From Oligoflexales bacterium (GTDB taxonomy: Bacteria > Bdellovibrionota_B > Oligoflexia > Oligoflexales > CAIYRB01): a stretch of 64,000 bases of DNA. The notes under the pieces were generated by a model. The model saw only the letters and a list, made by a program, of their open reading frames with translations, ran no database searches and was not told where the DNA came from. The stretch lies in the NCBI GenBank assembly GCA_041736175.1, contig JBGSUI010000067.1:15731-79730 (forward strand), read 5' to 3'. The stretch's first letter is position 1. The number at the start of each line of letters is the position of its first letter. Of this stretch, positions 1 to 9,219 are shown piece after piece. Both the position numbers and the translations under genes were made by a program.

Positions 1-1424
1 TTTACCCTGATGGGATCTTTCAGATCTTCCAATTTGCCGACAGCGAACAACGGATGATCTCCCACCAAAAGCTGGTGGAAAAAAACAGCTCGTCCCGGTC
101 CTACCGTCTGGGCGTAGAGTTTAGGTTGCCTATCGACGGCAAAGGCGTTTTACCTGAAAGCCTTCAAGATAAACAAGATCCCTTGGCCGCCTATCGAGCG
201 TCCTCCGAAAAATATATTCACCACCTTATGGACTGGAGGCTGCGCTTTTCGACCCGCCCTGTCGTGGTCAAAGAAGGGCTTTATACCGACCAAGGCCGCG
301 CCGCTGAAGGGGGTGATCTGGCCTATTTTGCCACTGACAGAGTGGTCAACCCCAATAGCTCCATCGACAACGATGTCCCCGAGGAGGAACGGATGAAGAT
401 CCACCGACGGGTGACCCTATCGACGGAGCATTTGGTCCGTTTTTTTAACCGATCTTGGACACCTGTGGGTGGCCCAGCCGTGGGACCGAGTGTCAGCCAA
501 CGGGCAGCGCGGATTGCAGGAACGCCCCACTCGCAAACGACGGGCGCGGCTAGCGATACGGAAGCTGCAAGCGAGCTTGGAGCCCCAGAGTCAAGTCAAG
601 AGCGGGCGAGAAAAGAGCTGCTCCAAGGTTTAGGACTGCCTGTTCAAAATCCGGACGCTATGATCAACCGTGCCACGGGCCAATGGGGAATGGAACGTTA
701 CTTAAGATCTGATGAGATCTATGCCTCGCCGGTGACTTTCCGTGCTAACATAGCCTATGATTTTATAGATGCCGAAGAGCGCGAGAAGCAGCGCCAGAGT
801 CGACGGATTCTAGACGAAGAACTCGCCTCCCTTGAGGCCAATCCTGCGGCGGACCAAAACCAAATCCAGGCACTTAAGACCCGTAAACAAACTGAAGTCA
901 TGGCAGAGCCTTGGAAAAACCCCGATTTTTATCTCGAGCTAAACCATTCAGGCTATACACTTTCATCCACAGCCATCTATAGTATTTACTTAAGGACAGC
1001 GACAACTTTTACCGCAGGCTTAGGACTCCCACCTTTTTGGGGGACAAGTCTCGGGTTTGGATACTCCCTGGGCAAAGAATACCAACAGCAGGAAAAGGAC
1101 TTTAAGGTGACCACCCAACGGACCATGTCCCTTGCATCCGCTCTCACACCTTATCTGTCAGCAAATGTCGCACTGGGCCGCCAGCTTATCGAAGGCCAAC
1201 CGGAAAGCTTTACCAACAACATCCGAGTGGCCACGGGTTTAGCCTATTCCTCACCGTCCCAATGCTGGGGACTCCAGGCGCTTAGGGTTAAGGAATATGG
1301 CACCGAAGAACGGGATGCCAGCTATACGCTTCAGCTATCGATGGTGTTTATGGGACAGCAACGGACCCTTCCTAATATGTCGTCGGGAATCGTTCGTGAG
1401 ATTCGAGAAGAACCCAAATCCTAA
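1..1424 (+). CDS. LPS-assembly protein LptD-like outer-membrane protein, C-terminal part (5' end lies outside the window)
   Basis: The frame is open from base 3. Alternating beta-strand pattern and C-terminal 'YSSPSQCWGLQ' resemble LptD C-termini. Confidence 0.55.
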   Translation, partial: YPDGIFQIFQFADSEQRMISHQKLVEKNSSSRSYRLGVEFRLPIDGKGVLPESLQDKQDPLAAYRASSEKYIHHLMDWRLRFSTRPVVVKEGLYTDQGRAAEGGDLAYFATDRVVNPNSSIDNDVPEEERMKIHRRVTLSTEHLVRFFNRSWTPVGGPAVGPSVSQRAARIAGTPHSQTTGAASDTEAASELGAPESSQERARKELLQGLGLPVQNPDAMINRATGQWGMERYLRSDEIYASPVTFRANIAYDFIDAEEREKQRQSRRILDEELASLEANPAADQNQIQALKTRKQTEVMAEPWKNPDFYLELNHSGYTLSSTAIYSIYLRTATTFTAGLGLPPFWGTSLGFGYSLGKEYQQQEKDFKVTTQRTMSLASALTPYLSANVALGRQLIEGQPESFTNNIRVATGLAYSSPSQCWGLQALRVKEYGTEERDASYTLQLSMVFMGQQRTLPNMSSGIVREIREEPKS

Positions 1425-1438
1425 ACAAAGGACGCAGG

Positions 1439-2215
1439 ATGAAAAAATTAGCCCATACCCAAAAGGTTAAGTTGGTCGGTTTTAACAATCTCACGAAATC
1501 TCTAAGCTTTAATCTCTATGACTTTTGTGTGGCGCGAAATGAATCGGAGCGTAATTCCTATATGGAATATATCGGAAAACGCTTTCATGCCGCTAAAGTC
1601 ACCGGCATCCTTAAGGGTATCTGCGAAATTATCGAGGCTAAAGTCCTGGCTGTTTCCGACCAGGACTACGAACCCTGGGGGGCCAGTTCTTTGATCTTGA
1701 TGAGTGACCTCAAGGGTGGGGGGACCGCCCCTGACGGGAGGAGTCAACAAGCAGCCCATTTGGACAAGAGCCATATTTGCGCCCATACTTATCCGGATTT
1801 TCACAATGGTGGCCGTATTTGCTCTTTTAGGATCGATATCCATATCTCCACCTGTGGAGAGATCTCACCGCTCAATGCCCTTAACTTTATGTTTCACAAC
1901 TTCGAAGCGGACGTGGTGGTGATTGACTATGTGGTGCGGGGTTTTACCCGGGACGCCTCGGGTCGGCGCATCTATATGGACCACCAGGTGCGCAGTATTC
2001 AAGACTATATCCAGCCAGATATCCTTGGGGATTATCACTGTATCGATCTCGCATTGCAGTCTGAGAATATTTGGCAGACAAAAATGCTCCGGATGAAGCA
2101 AGACACTCCTAGTTATTTTCGCGATGCGGTGATCGTCGATGATGTCGAAGTTATGGGCTACATGGACATGATCAATCGAGAGATGCGCGGTGTGCTGCAT
2201 ATGTGGCCAGAGTAA
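1439..2215 (+). CDS. speD: S-adenosylmethionine decarboxylase proenzyme (E. coli-type)
   Basis: Motifs GFNNLTKSLSFNLYD, QDYEPWGAS, HLDKSHICAHTYP (self-cleavage site), STCGEISPL, DYVVRGFTRD. Confidence 0.93.
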   Translation: MKKLAHTQKVKLVGFNNLTKSLSFNLYDFCVARNESERNSYMEYIGKRFHAAKVTGILKGICEIIEAKVLAVSDQDYEPWGASSLILMSDLKGGGTAPDGRSQQAAHLDKSHICAHTYPDFHNGGRICSFRIDIHISTCGEISPLNALNFMFHNFEADVVVIDYVVRGFTRDASGRRIYMDHQVRSIQDYIQPDILGDYHCIDLALQSENIWQTKMLRMKQDTPSYFRDAVIVDDVEVMGYMDMINREMRGVLHMWPE

Positions 2216-2344
2216 GATCTTTTAGAATCTTAGAGATTCTTGGTTTAACTTATTTAAATTACAGTAAAAAATGACTTGTCAAGGGGTTCTATCTCACTTA
2301 AAAGGGACTTAGTGGAACCTTTTTTTGAAATAGGAGAATCTCGT

Positions 2345-2608
2345 ATGCGAAGACTTATAAAACTCTGGGCCCTTTGTGCCTTCTTACCCCTTGCGGCGCC
2401 AGCAGCCTTTGGAAGCGTAGATAACAATTCCTGGGATCGTCCAGGCCACGGCGGCGGTGGCGGAGGCTGGGGACAACCGGGCCATGGTGGTGGACACGGC
2501 GGAGGCTGGGATCGTCCTGGCCATGGCGGTGGACACGGTGGAGGTTGGGGACAACCGGGCCATGGCGGTGGTGGATATCCCGGTGGCGGCCGACCTGGCC
2601 ACTGCTAG
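2345..2608 (+). CDS. Small secreted Gly/His/Trp-repeat protein (87 aa)
   Basis: SD AGGAG before ATG 2345; signal peptide MRRLIKLWALCAFLPLAAPAAFG; W(DR/GQ)PGHGGG repeats; terminator directly downstream. Confidence 0.75.
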   Translation: MRRLIKLWALCAFLPLAAPAAFGSVDNNSWDRPGHGGGGGGWGQPGHGGGHGGGWDRPGHGGGHGGGWGQPGHGGGGYPGGGRPGHC

Positions 2609-2630
2609 ACACATCCATTCGTAAGACAAT

Positions 2631-2662
2631 CAAAGCCCGCAGCAAGGAAGCTGCGGGCTTTG
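2631..2662 (+). terminator. Intrinsic terminator hairpin
   Basis: CAAAGCCCGCAGC-aaggaa-GCTGCGGGCTTTG, a perfect 13-bp stem. Confidence 0.75.
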
Positions 2663-2758
2663 ATCCTATTGAGTTCTAACGGCGTCGATGTATGATCAGC
2701 CGAAACCGTGTAAGGCGTTAGGCGGTCAGAGTCAGATCATTGAGGAGATTGGTTTTTT

Positions 2759-4006
2759 ATGGAAGAGCAAACAAGTGATTTGGGGGCCGCTGGAGATGTC
2801 TTTGGTCAAGTGGATTTTTCTAACACCAAAATTGCCTTCCAGGGTCTCAACGACCGGGAGCTCTACCAATCCTGGGTGACCTTTTCCTCATTTAGGGTCC
2901 CCCTTTTGGTCACTAAGGGGCCTCGGCTTGTGGAATGGACGTTATCCCGGTCCTCTTGGGGACGACGACTGCTGACGCCTCTGATTAAATCCACTATTTT
3001 TAGGCAGTTTTGTGGCGGCGAGTCCTTAGAAGACTGCGGGCCCACCATCGAAAAACTAAAATCCCATGGCATCGGGGCCATCCTAGACTATTCGGTCGAA
3101 GGGGCCGGCCGGGAAGTCGATTTTATCGCTGCTGCGGCGGAGATTCGCAGGTCGATCGACCATGCCCACAAACACCAAGGGGACTTGGCCTTTGCGGTCT
3201 TTAAAACCACAGGGATTATCGAGACAGGCCTCCTCGAAAAGGTCTCTCGAGGTCAGCCGCTCCTAGAAAATGAAAAGGCACAATGGCAAAAAGGGGTCGA
3301 GCGATTTCAGAGCATTCTCGAGCATGCCCATAGACTGGGTGTCGCGGTGATGGTCGATGCCGAAGAAACCTGGATCCAAACCGCCATCGACGGGCTGACT
3401 TACGAAGGAATGACCCGGTGGAATACCCAAAAACCGATTGTCTATAATACCCTCCAGATCTACCGGTCTGACCGCCTAGAACACCTCAAAGGTATGCTCC
3501 AAGTCGCCAAAAAGGGCGGATTTATCCTAGGCATCAAGCTGGTGCGGGGTGCGTACCTAGAGAAAGAGCGGCTCTGGGCCCGTGCCCAGGGGAGTCCGAG
3601 CCCCCTATGGGACACAAAGGCTCAGGTGGACCAGAGCTTTAACGAGGCCCTCCAACTGGCGCTGGGCCATATCAAACACTGTGCCGTGGTCATTGGGAGC
3701 CACAACGAAGAGTCCACCGCACGGGCCCTGGATCTCATGGAGAGGTTGGGAATACCCAAAACCAATCGACACGTAGTCTTTAGCCAACTCTTGGGAATGA
3801 GTGACCATCTGACCTACAACCTCGCCCATTCCCATTATTTGGTGACCAAATATGTTCCCTATGGGCCCATAGGGGCCGTGATGCCTTACCTAGGCCGCCG
3901 TGCCGAGGAAAACTCGTCGATACGGGGGCAGATTGGAAGGGAGTTGGCTTTGATTCAACAAGAAATCAAACGTCGTAAACGCGGGCCTAAGAACGGGGCA
4001 GTTTGA
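2759..4006 (+). CDS. Proline dehydrogenase (monofunctional)
   Basis: QFCGGE, ILDYSVEG, MVDAEE, KLVRGAY, HNEES, QLLGM, KYVPYGP, PYLGRRAEEN. Confidence 0.93.
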   Translation: MEEQTSDLGAAGDVFGQVDFSNTKIAFQGLNDRELYQSWVTFSSFRVPLLVTKGPRLVEWTLSRSSWGRRLLTPLIKSTIFRQFCGGESLEDCGPTIEKLKSHGIGAILDYSVEGAGREVDFIAAAAEIRRSIDHAHKHQGDLAFAVFKTTGIIETGLLEKVSRGQPLLENEKAQWQKGVERFQSILEHAHRLGVAVMVDAEETWIQTAIDGLTYEGMTRWNTQKPIVYNTLQIYRSDRLEHLKGMLQVAKKGGFILGIKLVRGAYLEKERLWARAQGSPSPLWDTKAQVDQSFNEALQLALGHIKHCAVVIGSHNEESTARALDLMERLGIPKTNRHVVFSQLLGMSDHLTYNLAHSHYLVTKYVPYGPIGAVMPYLGRRAEENSSIRGQIGRELALIQQEIKRRKRGPKNGAV

Positions 4007-4283
4007 TTTCAGGCTCTTCGCCTTGGCGGTAGAGGACAATGATGCGGCCGATGGCCTGGACCATATGGGACTTGGAGGTCTGGCTAATGGTATCAGCAAG
4101 CTCCAGAAACTCCTGACGACTCTCCACCCCAACCCGTACTTTGATCAATTCCAAATCAGCTAGCTGCCGATCGATTTCCTTTTGTAAGGCTTGGGAAAAC
4201 CCATGCTTGCCGAGGTGTACCTTCGGTTGAAGTTTGTGGGCTAAGCCTTTGAGATAGCGTCTTTGTTGGGAAGTAAGATCCAT
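3987..4283 (-). CDS. yhbY: CRM-domain RNA-binding protein YhbY
   Basis: LTSQQRRYLKGLAHKL, GKHG, ELIKVRV, QAIGRIIVLYR; SD GGAGG. Confidence 0.9.
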   Translation of the reverse strand: MDLTSQQRRYLKGLAHKLQPKVHLGKHGFSQALQKEIDRQLADLELIKVRVGVESRQEFLELADTISQTSKSHMVQAIGRIIVLYRQGEEPEIKLPRS

Positions 4284-4363
4284 CAATCCTCCGGTGAACG
4301 CGGGATGTTAATGGCGAATGCCCAAAAAATCAAGCATAAAGACCCGTCACGGCGGTCTTATCC

Positions 4364-5464
4364 TCAGTTTTGTAGAGGTTTTCTCGCAAAAATCCCGGCT
4401 TTCTCCCCGAGAAACGGCCAAATCTTAAGCAAGGTGATCGTGATCGCGATCACGATCGGCCCTAGAAAGACTCCGACAATTCCGAAAAAGTGGATGCCGC
4501 CAAAGATGGCCACCATGCTCACCAGAGGGTGCATTTCGCCACGGCCTTTCAACACGAGAGGTCGCACGAAATTATCGATCACCCCGGTAAAGATTCCTAA
4601 GAGGATCAAGATGCCAAGCTTAACCAGGGAGTCGATCGAGTAGAGGTAGACCGATCCCGCCAGGATGACTGGTGCGCTGCCCAGGAGGGGAATCCATGCA
4701 AAGATAAAAGTTGCAGCTCCCGCGAGGAGGGCAGAGGGGATTCCAAGGATGGCAAAACCAAGGATCACAATGATGCTTTGGGTCCCGGCAGCCGCGACGC
4801 TGGCCCAGACGACCGACAGGGCGGTATCCTGGAATGAACAGCGAATTTTATCTCGAATTTCGAGGTCTATGGGCAGTTTGTCCATAAGCCAGGTCACACC
4901 ACGGGGACCGTCTGTCAAAAAAAAGAAGCAAGCTAAAACGGCAAGGAGGATTTGGAGGAGGGCGTCGGGCAGTGATTTAGCTGTGTTGATCATCGATTCG
5001 CTAGAGCTTTTAAGGACAGACCCCAGAACATCTTTTAAGCCTTCGCGCAGGTCACCGATATCCACAAGGATCGAGTTTTCTGAAAAAAACTTCACCTCCC
5101 AGTGCTTGAGAGTTTCGAGAAACTGGATCGCGCTTTGTCCCGAGTCTTGGGTGATGGTTTGGGCGAGTGTCATAGCCTGGCGGGTTGCAATCAGCGTGAT
5201 CACGAGGATAGGGCCAACGATGGCAAAAACCACGAGCAAGGTAACAAAGGTCGCTGCAGTGATGGGCTTGAAACGTCGTTTGAGGAGTCGCTCGTAGAGC
5301 GGATACATGAGCAGAGCCATAATGCCTCCCATCATCAGGGGAATGGCATAGGGGAGGAGGAGCCGTCCTGCTAAAAACAAGAAAGCTCCAAGAACTAACA
5401 AGAAGGCCCACAAGGATGATTTGTCTTGGGTGGATGGATTTGGTGGTATGGTCGACTGGGCCAT
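4364..5464 (-). CDS. AI-2E family transporter
   Basis: Multi-TM protein with FFFLTDG, IPLLG, DNFVRPLV, GVFLGP; SD GGAGG before ATG 5464. Confidence 0.88.
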   Translation of the reverse strand: MAQSTIPPNPSTQDKSSLWAFLLVLGAFLFLAGRLLLPYAIPLMMGGIMALLMYPLYERLLKRRFKPITAATFVTLLVVFAIVGPILVITLIATRQAMTLAQTITQDSGQSAIQFLETLKHWEVKFFSENSILVDIGDLREGLKDVLGSVLKSSSESMINTAKSLPDALLQILLAVLACFFFLTDGPRGVTWLMDKLPIDLEIRDKIRCSFQDTALSVVWASVAAAGTQSIIVILGFAILGIPSALLAGAATFIFAWIPLLGSAPVILAGSVYLYSIDSLVKLGILILLGIFTGVIDNFVRPLVLKGRGEMHPLVSMVAIFGGIHFFGIVGVFLGPIVIAITITLLKIWPFLGEKAGIFARKPLQN

Positions 5465-5550
5465 GGTTGGTATCCTCCAGGAGCTAGATTCTGAAAGCCA
5501 GAAGATCATATTTTTCTGCCTTTTCCAAACCCAATCAAAATTTTTTCTAA

Positions 5551-6672
<1,122 letters not shown>

Positions 6673-6692
6673 CCTCGATAGATATTGCAAGC

Positions 6693-6732
6693 ACACACCC
6701 AAGGGGCCACTTGACCTCTTGGGTGTGTTTTT
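6693..6732 (+). terminator. Intrinsic terminator after mreB
   Basis: ACACACCCAAG...CTTGGGTGTGT followed by a T run. Confidence 0.7.
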
Positions 6733-6928
6733 AATCACTTCCTTGTCCTATTCGATAGGTTGAGGTAGTTTAAAGGCTATTTCCGAATTACGCGGGATTT
6801 TCGACCTATGCTTCCAAGAAACAGAAATCCTTCGGGGCCGGCAAGGAGGCTTCTTCTTCAAATCAGCTAGCAGCATGGCGTGAAGTTAAATGTATTTGCA
6901 AAAGAAAATTCAGAACTAGAGAAGGTAG

Positions 6929-7453
6929 TTGAAGTTGCTGAGTGAAAACGAAATTAAAGAAGAATTGAGTTACGCATACCTTCATGCAGTAGCGGCAAAA
7001 GTCGGGTATTCTTGTGATCGCCCCAATAAAGACAAAGATAGTATAGATGCCAAAGTGTTCGCTCGATGGGAAGACAGTGAGGGAATTGAGTTTACTTCTC
7101 CAGAGATTTCATTTCAACTAAAGGCAACAGTCAAATGTGAAGTAAAAAATGGCAAGTTTTCATTCGATCTTTCGATGAAAAACTATCGTGATTTGAAGAA
7201 AAAACATCCGTTTCCCCGCTTATTATTGGTATTAGTATTACCTGAGAACTCTGAAGAATGGTTAGATGTGAGCAGTGAATATTTGATTTCTAAAAAATGT
7301 TGCTATTGGTGCAACATGATGCCGCTACCTGATATTAATAACGATTCAAAAATACGAGTCGCCATTCATACATCAAATTTGCTAACTCCAGAAATCCTCA
7401 GAAAATTAATGGAAAAATCCGCAAGACGAGAGGAGATAGGCCATGGTCTCTGA
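6929..7453 (+). CDS. DUF4365-like PD-(D/E)xK nuclease-fold protein (copy 1)
   Basis: KEELSYAYLHAVAAKVG, DSID, FQLKAT, KNYRDL, LLLVLVLP, EWL, YWCN; AT-rich; TTG start. Confidence 0.8.
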   Translation: MKLLSENEIKEELSYAYLHAVAAKVGYSCDRPNKDKDSIDAKVFARWEDSEGIEFTSPEISFQLKATVKCEVKNGKFSFDLSMKNYRDLKKKHPFPRLLLVLVLPENSEEWLDVSSEYLISKKCCYWCNMMPLPDINNDSKIRVAIHTSNLLTPEILRKLMEKSARREEIGHGL

Positions 7454-8561
7454 AGAGATCTCACTCTGCAAAATGATTAGGCCAAGAGGGCTCAATAAAT
7501 ATCTCACTCATAAGGGCTGGAAAAAAATACACTCAAAGTTTAGTGATGTAAATGTCTTCAGAAATGATGGTGAAGAGATCATAGTACCCATAGATAAATC
7601 TCTAGATGATTATAACGACCTATTATTGACCGCTATAGACAAACTTGTTGGCATCGAAAAGCGCTCACGGCAATCCATTATCGATGCACTTGTCATGCCA
7701 TCGAGCGATATAATAAATTTTCGGCTTAACGATTCATCGACTAGGGAAGGGTATATTTCATTAGTAAAAGGACCTCAATTTTTGATGTCTTGTCAGAAAG
7801 CTTTGCTGGCTGCAGCCTGTTCTGTGGAAGATCCTCAAAGACACTATCAAAAGCTTTCAAGATCGGTGGCAAAAAGTTTCCTCGAGGAGTGTAAATTTAA
7901 CACTAAGGCAGGAAGTTTTGTGGTTAATATCATGTGTCCCCTTGATGCTGTAGAAGAGTCTACAATTAGCGACAATGCAAAAAAAGCGAAAATATCTCAG
8001 ATTGAGCCGTTTACTCGAACTGTTACCAGAACACTAACAACAATGATGGAAGACATCTTGAAATTTGTAGATAATGGCGATGATAAGGATGTGCTTCCGT
8101 CTACGAGCCTTGTTAATTCGAATTTTTGTAAAGCAATCATAGGTATGTGTCCAGAAAATGAATCTTCGTTTTTAGAGGTTTCAGCATTCGATACCTTTGG
8201 TTCTTCAATCGGTCAAACAGTAGCAATCCCTCAGGCTTATTTCAAACAAATCGAGTCATTGGCAATTAAATTGACACCAACAGTGGATCCATCTGACCAG
8301 TTTGTAACTGGTTTAGTAACGGATCTTCATGGAGAAAGAACCCCTGATGGTCGACCAGCAGGTGATATTGAAGTATCATTTCAATACAACGATGAAGATA
8401 TAATTAAAGCTCGAGCGACGTTAAATGTAGACGATTATGCTACAGCTCTAAAGGCCCATAGTAATGGCCATTACGTTTCTCTAAGAGGCACACTAAAATT
8501 AGGCAATCGATCACACAGAATATCAGACGTTTTTGAGTTTAAGGATCTGCAAAGTGGCTGA
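7443..8561 (+). CDS. Conserved hypothetical protein, partner of the DUF4365-like gene (copy 1)
   Basis: 372 aa; overlaps the upstream gene by 11 nt; full-length paralog at 47650-48777. Confidence 0.85.
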   Translation: MVSEEISLCKMIRPRGLNKYLTHKGWKKIHSKFSDVNVFRNDGEEIIVPIDKSLDDYNDLLLTAIDKLVGIEKRSRQSIIDALVMPSSDIINFRLNDSSTREGYISLVKGPQFLMSCQKALLAAACSVEDPQRHYQKLSRSVAKSFLEECKFNTKAGSFVVNIMCPLDAVEESTISDNAKKAKISQIEPFTRTVTRTLTTMMEDILKFVDNGDDKDVLPSTSLVNSNFCKAIIGMCPENESSFLEVSAFDTFGSSIGQTVAIPQAYFKQIESLAIKLTPTVDPSDQFVTGLVTDLHGERTPDGRPAGDIEVSFQYNDEDIIKARATLNVDDYATALKAHSNGHYVSLRGTLKLGNRSHRISDVFEFKDLQSG

Positions 8562-8594
8562 ACACTGCCTATTGGGTGTGGGCTTTTACTTGTT

Positions 8595-9020
8595 TTAGGC
8601 AGTCTCAAGGTTTACTTCGATGGGAGATAACTTTTTAAAATTGCCTTTGAGAACATAAAGACTACGCAAAGCATACTGTGGGAGCAGTCCAATATGGTTG
8701 GCCAAGAGCGTTCTGACTCCGTTTTCCGTGGCTGGGTCCATGCCGGTCGTTGCTAAACCCTTTGCTTCCCACTGGCTAATCATGGAATGGGACTTTAGGC
8801 CGATGTCTTTGGCAAGCTCCCCTTGGGTTTTTCGCATATATCCCCTGACAAAGGACAGCTCCGCACCGGTCAGTTTGTGAGTCGACCAGAGCAGTGCATG
8901 GAATACTCCGAGCTCCAAGGCAGCGTGATTTAAAATGGGTTGAATCCTCCGAGAAAAATATTCGGTGGCTCCCATGGCTCCCATGGAATGGGGGGGGGCA
9001 ACTCTGGTGCAAACGCGCAC
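8595..9020 (-). pseudogene. XRE/MqsA-type HTH protein, probably 5'-truncated
   Basis: LTGAELSFVRGYMRKTQGELAKDIG...ISQWE is a Cro/C1 HTH. Upstream of ~8950 the frame runs into a tandem duplication and a homopolymer and has no convincing start. Confidence 0.6.
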
Positions 9021-9137
9021 TGGAATCTGGAGACCTCCAATCCGACCATCGGAGGCTCCACTAATCCCATTCTGGATTCCCGTTCCCAGGAACGGGGGTG
9101 CGCACTGGAACGGAATCCAGAACAGAGTTACACCAGA
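8998..9137. other. Multi-hairpin non-coding element
   Basis: Closing stem AACTCTG/CAGAGTT encloses GTGC/GCAC, GGAGACCTCC/GGAGGCTCC and TTCTGGATTCC/GGAATCCAGAA hairpins. Confidence 0.45.
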
Positions 9138-9219
9138 AAAAACAAATCAACAGCAACCAGTGCAGCAGTCCTTGGGAACCAATCACAATACCTATCAGCC
9201 AGCGCCGCTACACTAAACA

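Noticed and set aside
6673..6928. mreB without mreC/mreD, and a short ORF MLPRNRNPSGPARRLLLQIS* as a possible mreC remnant
   Set aside because: Stand-alone mreB occurs in many genomes, a terminator follows the gene, and the peptide has no recognisable similarity.
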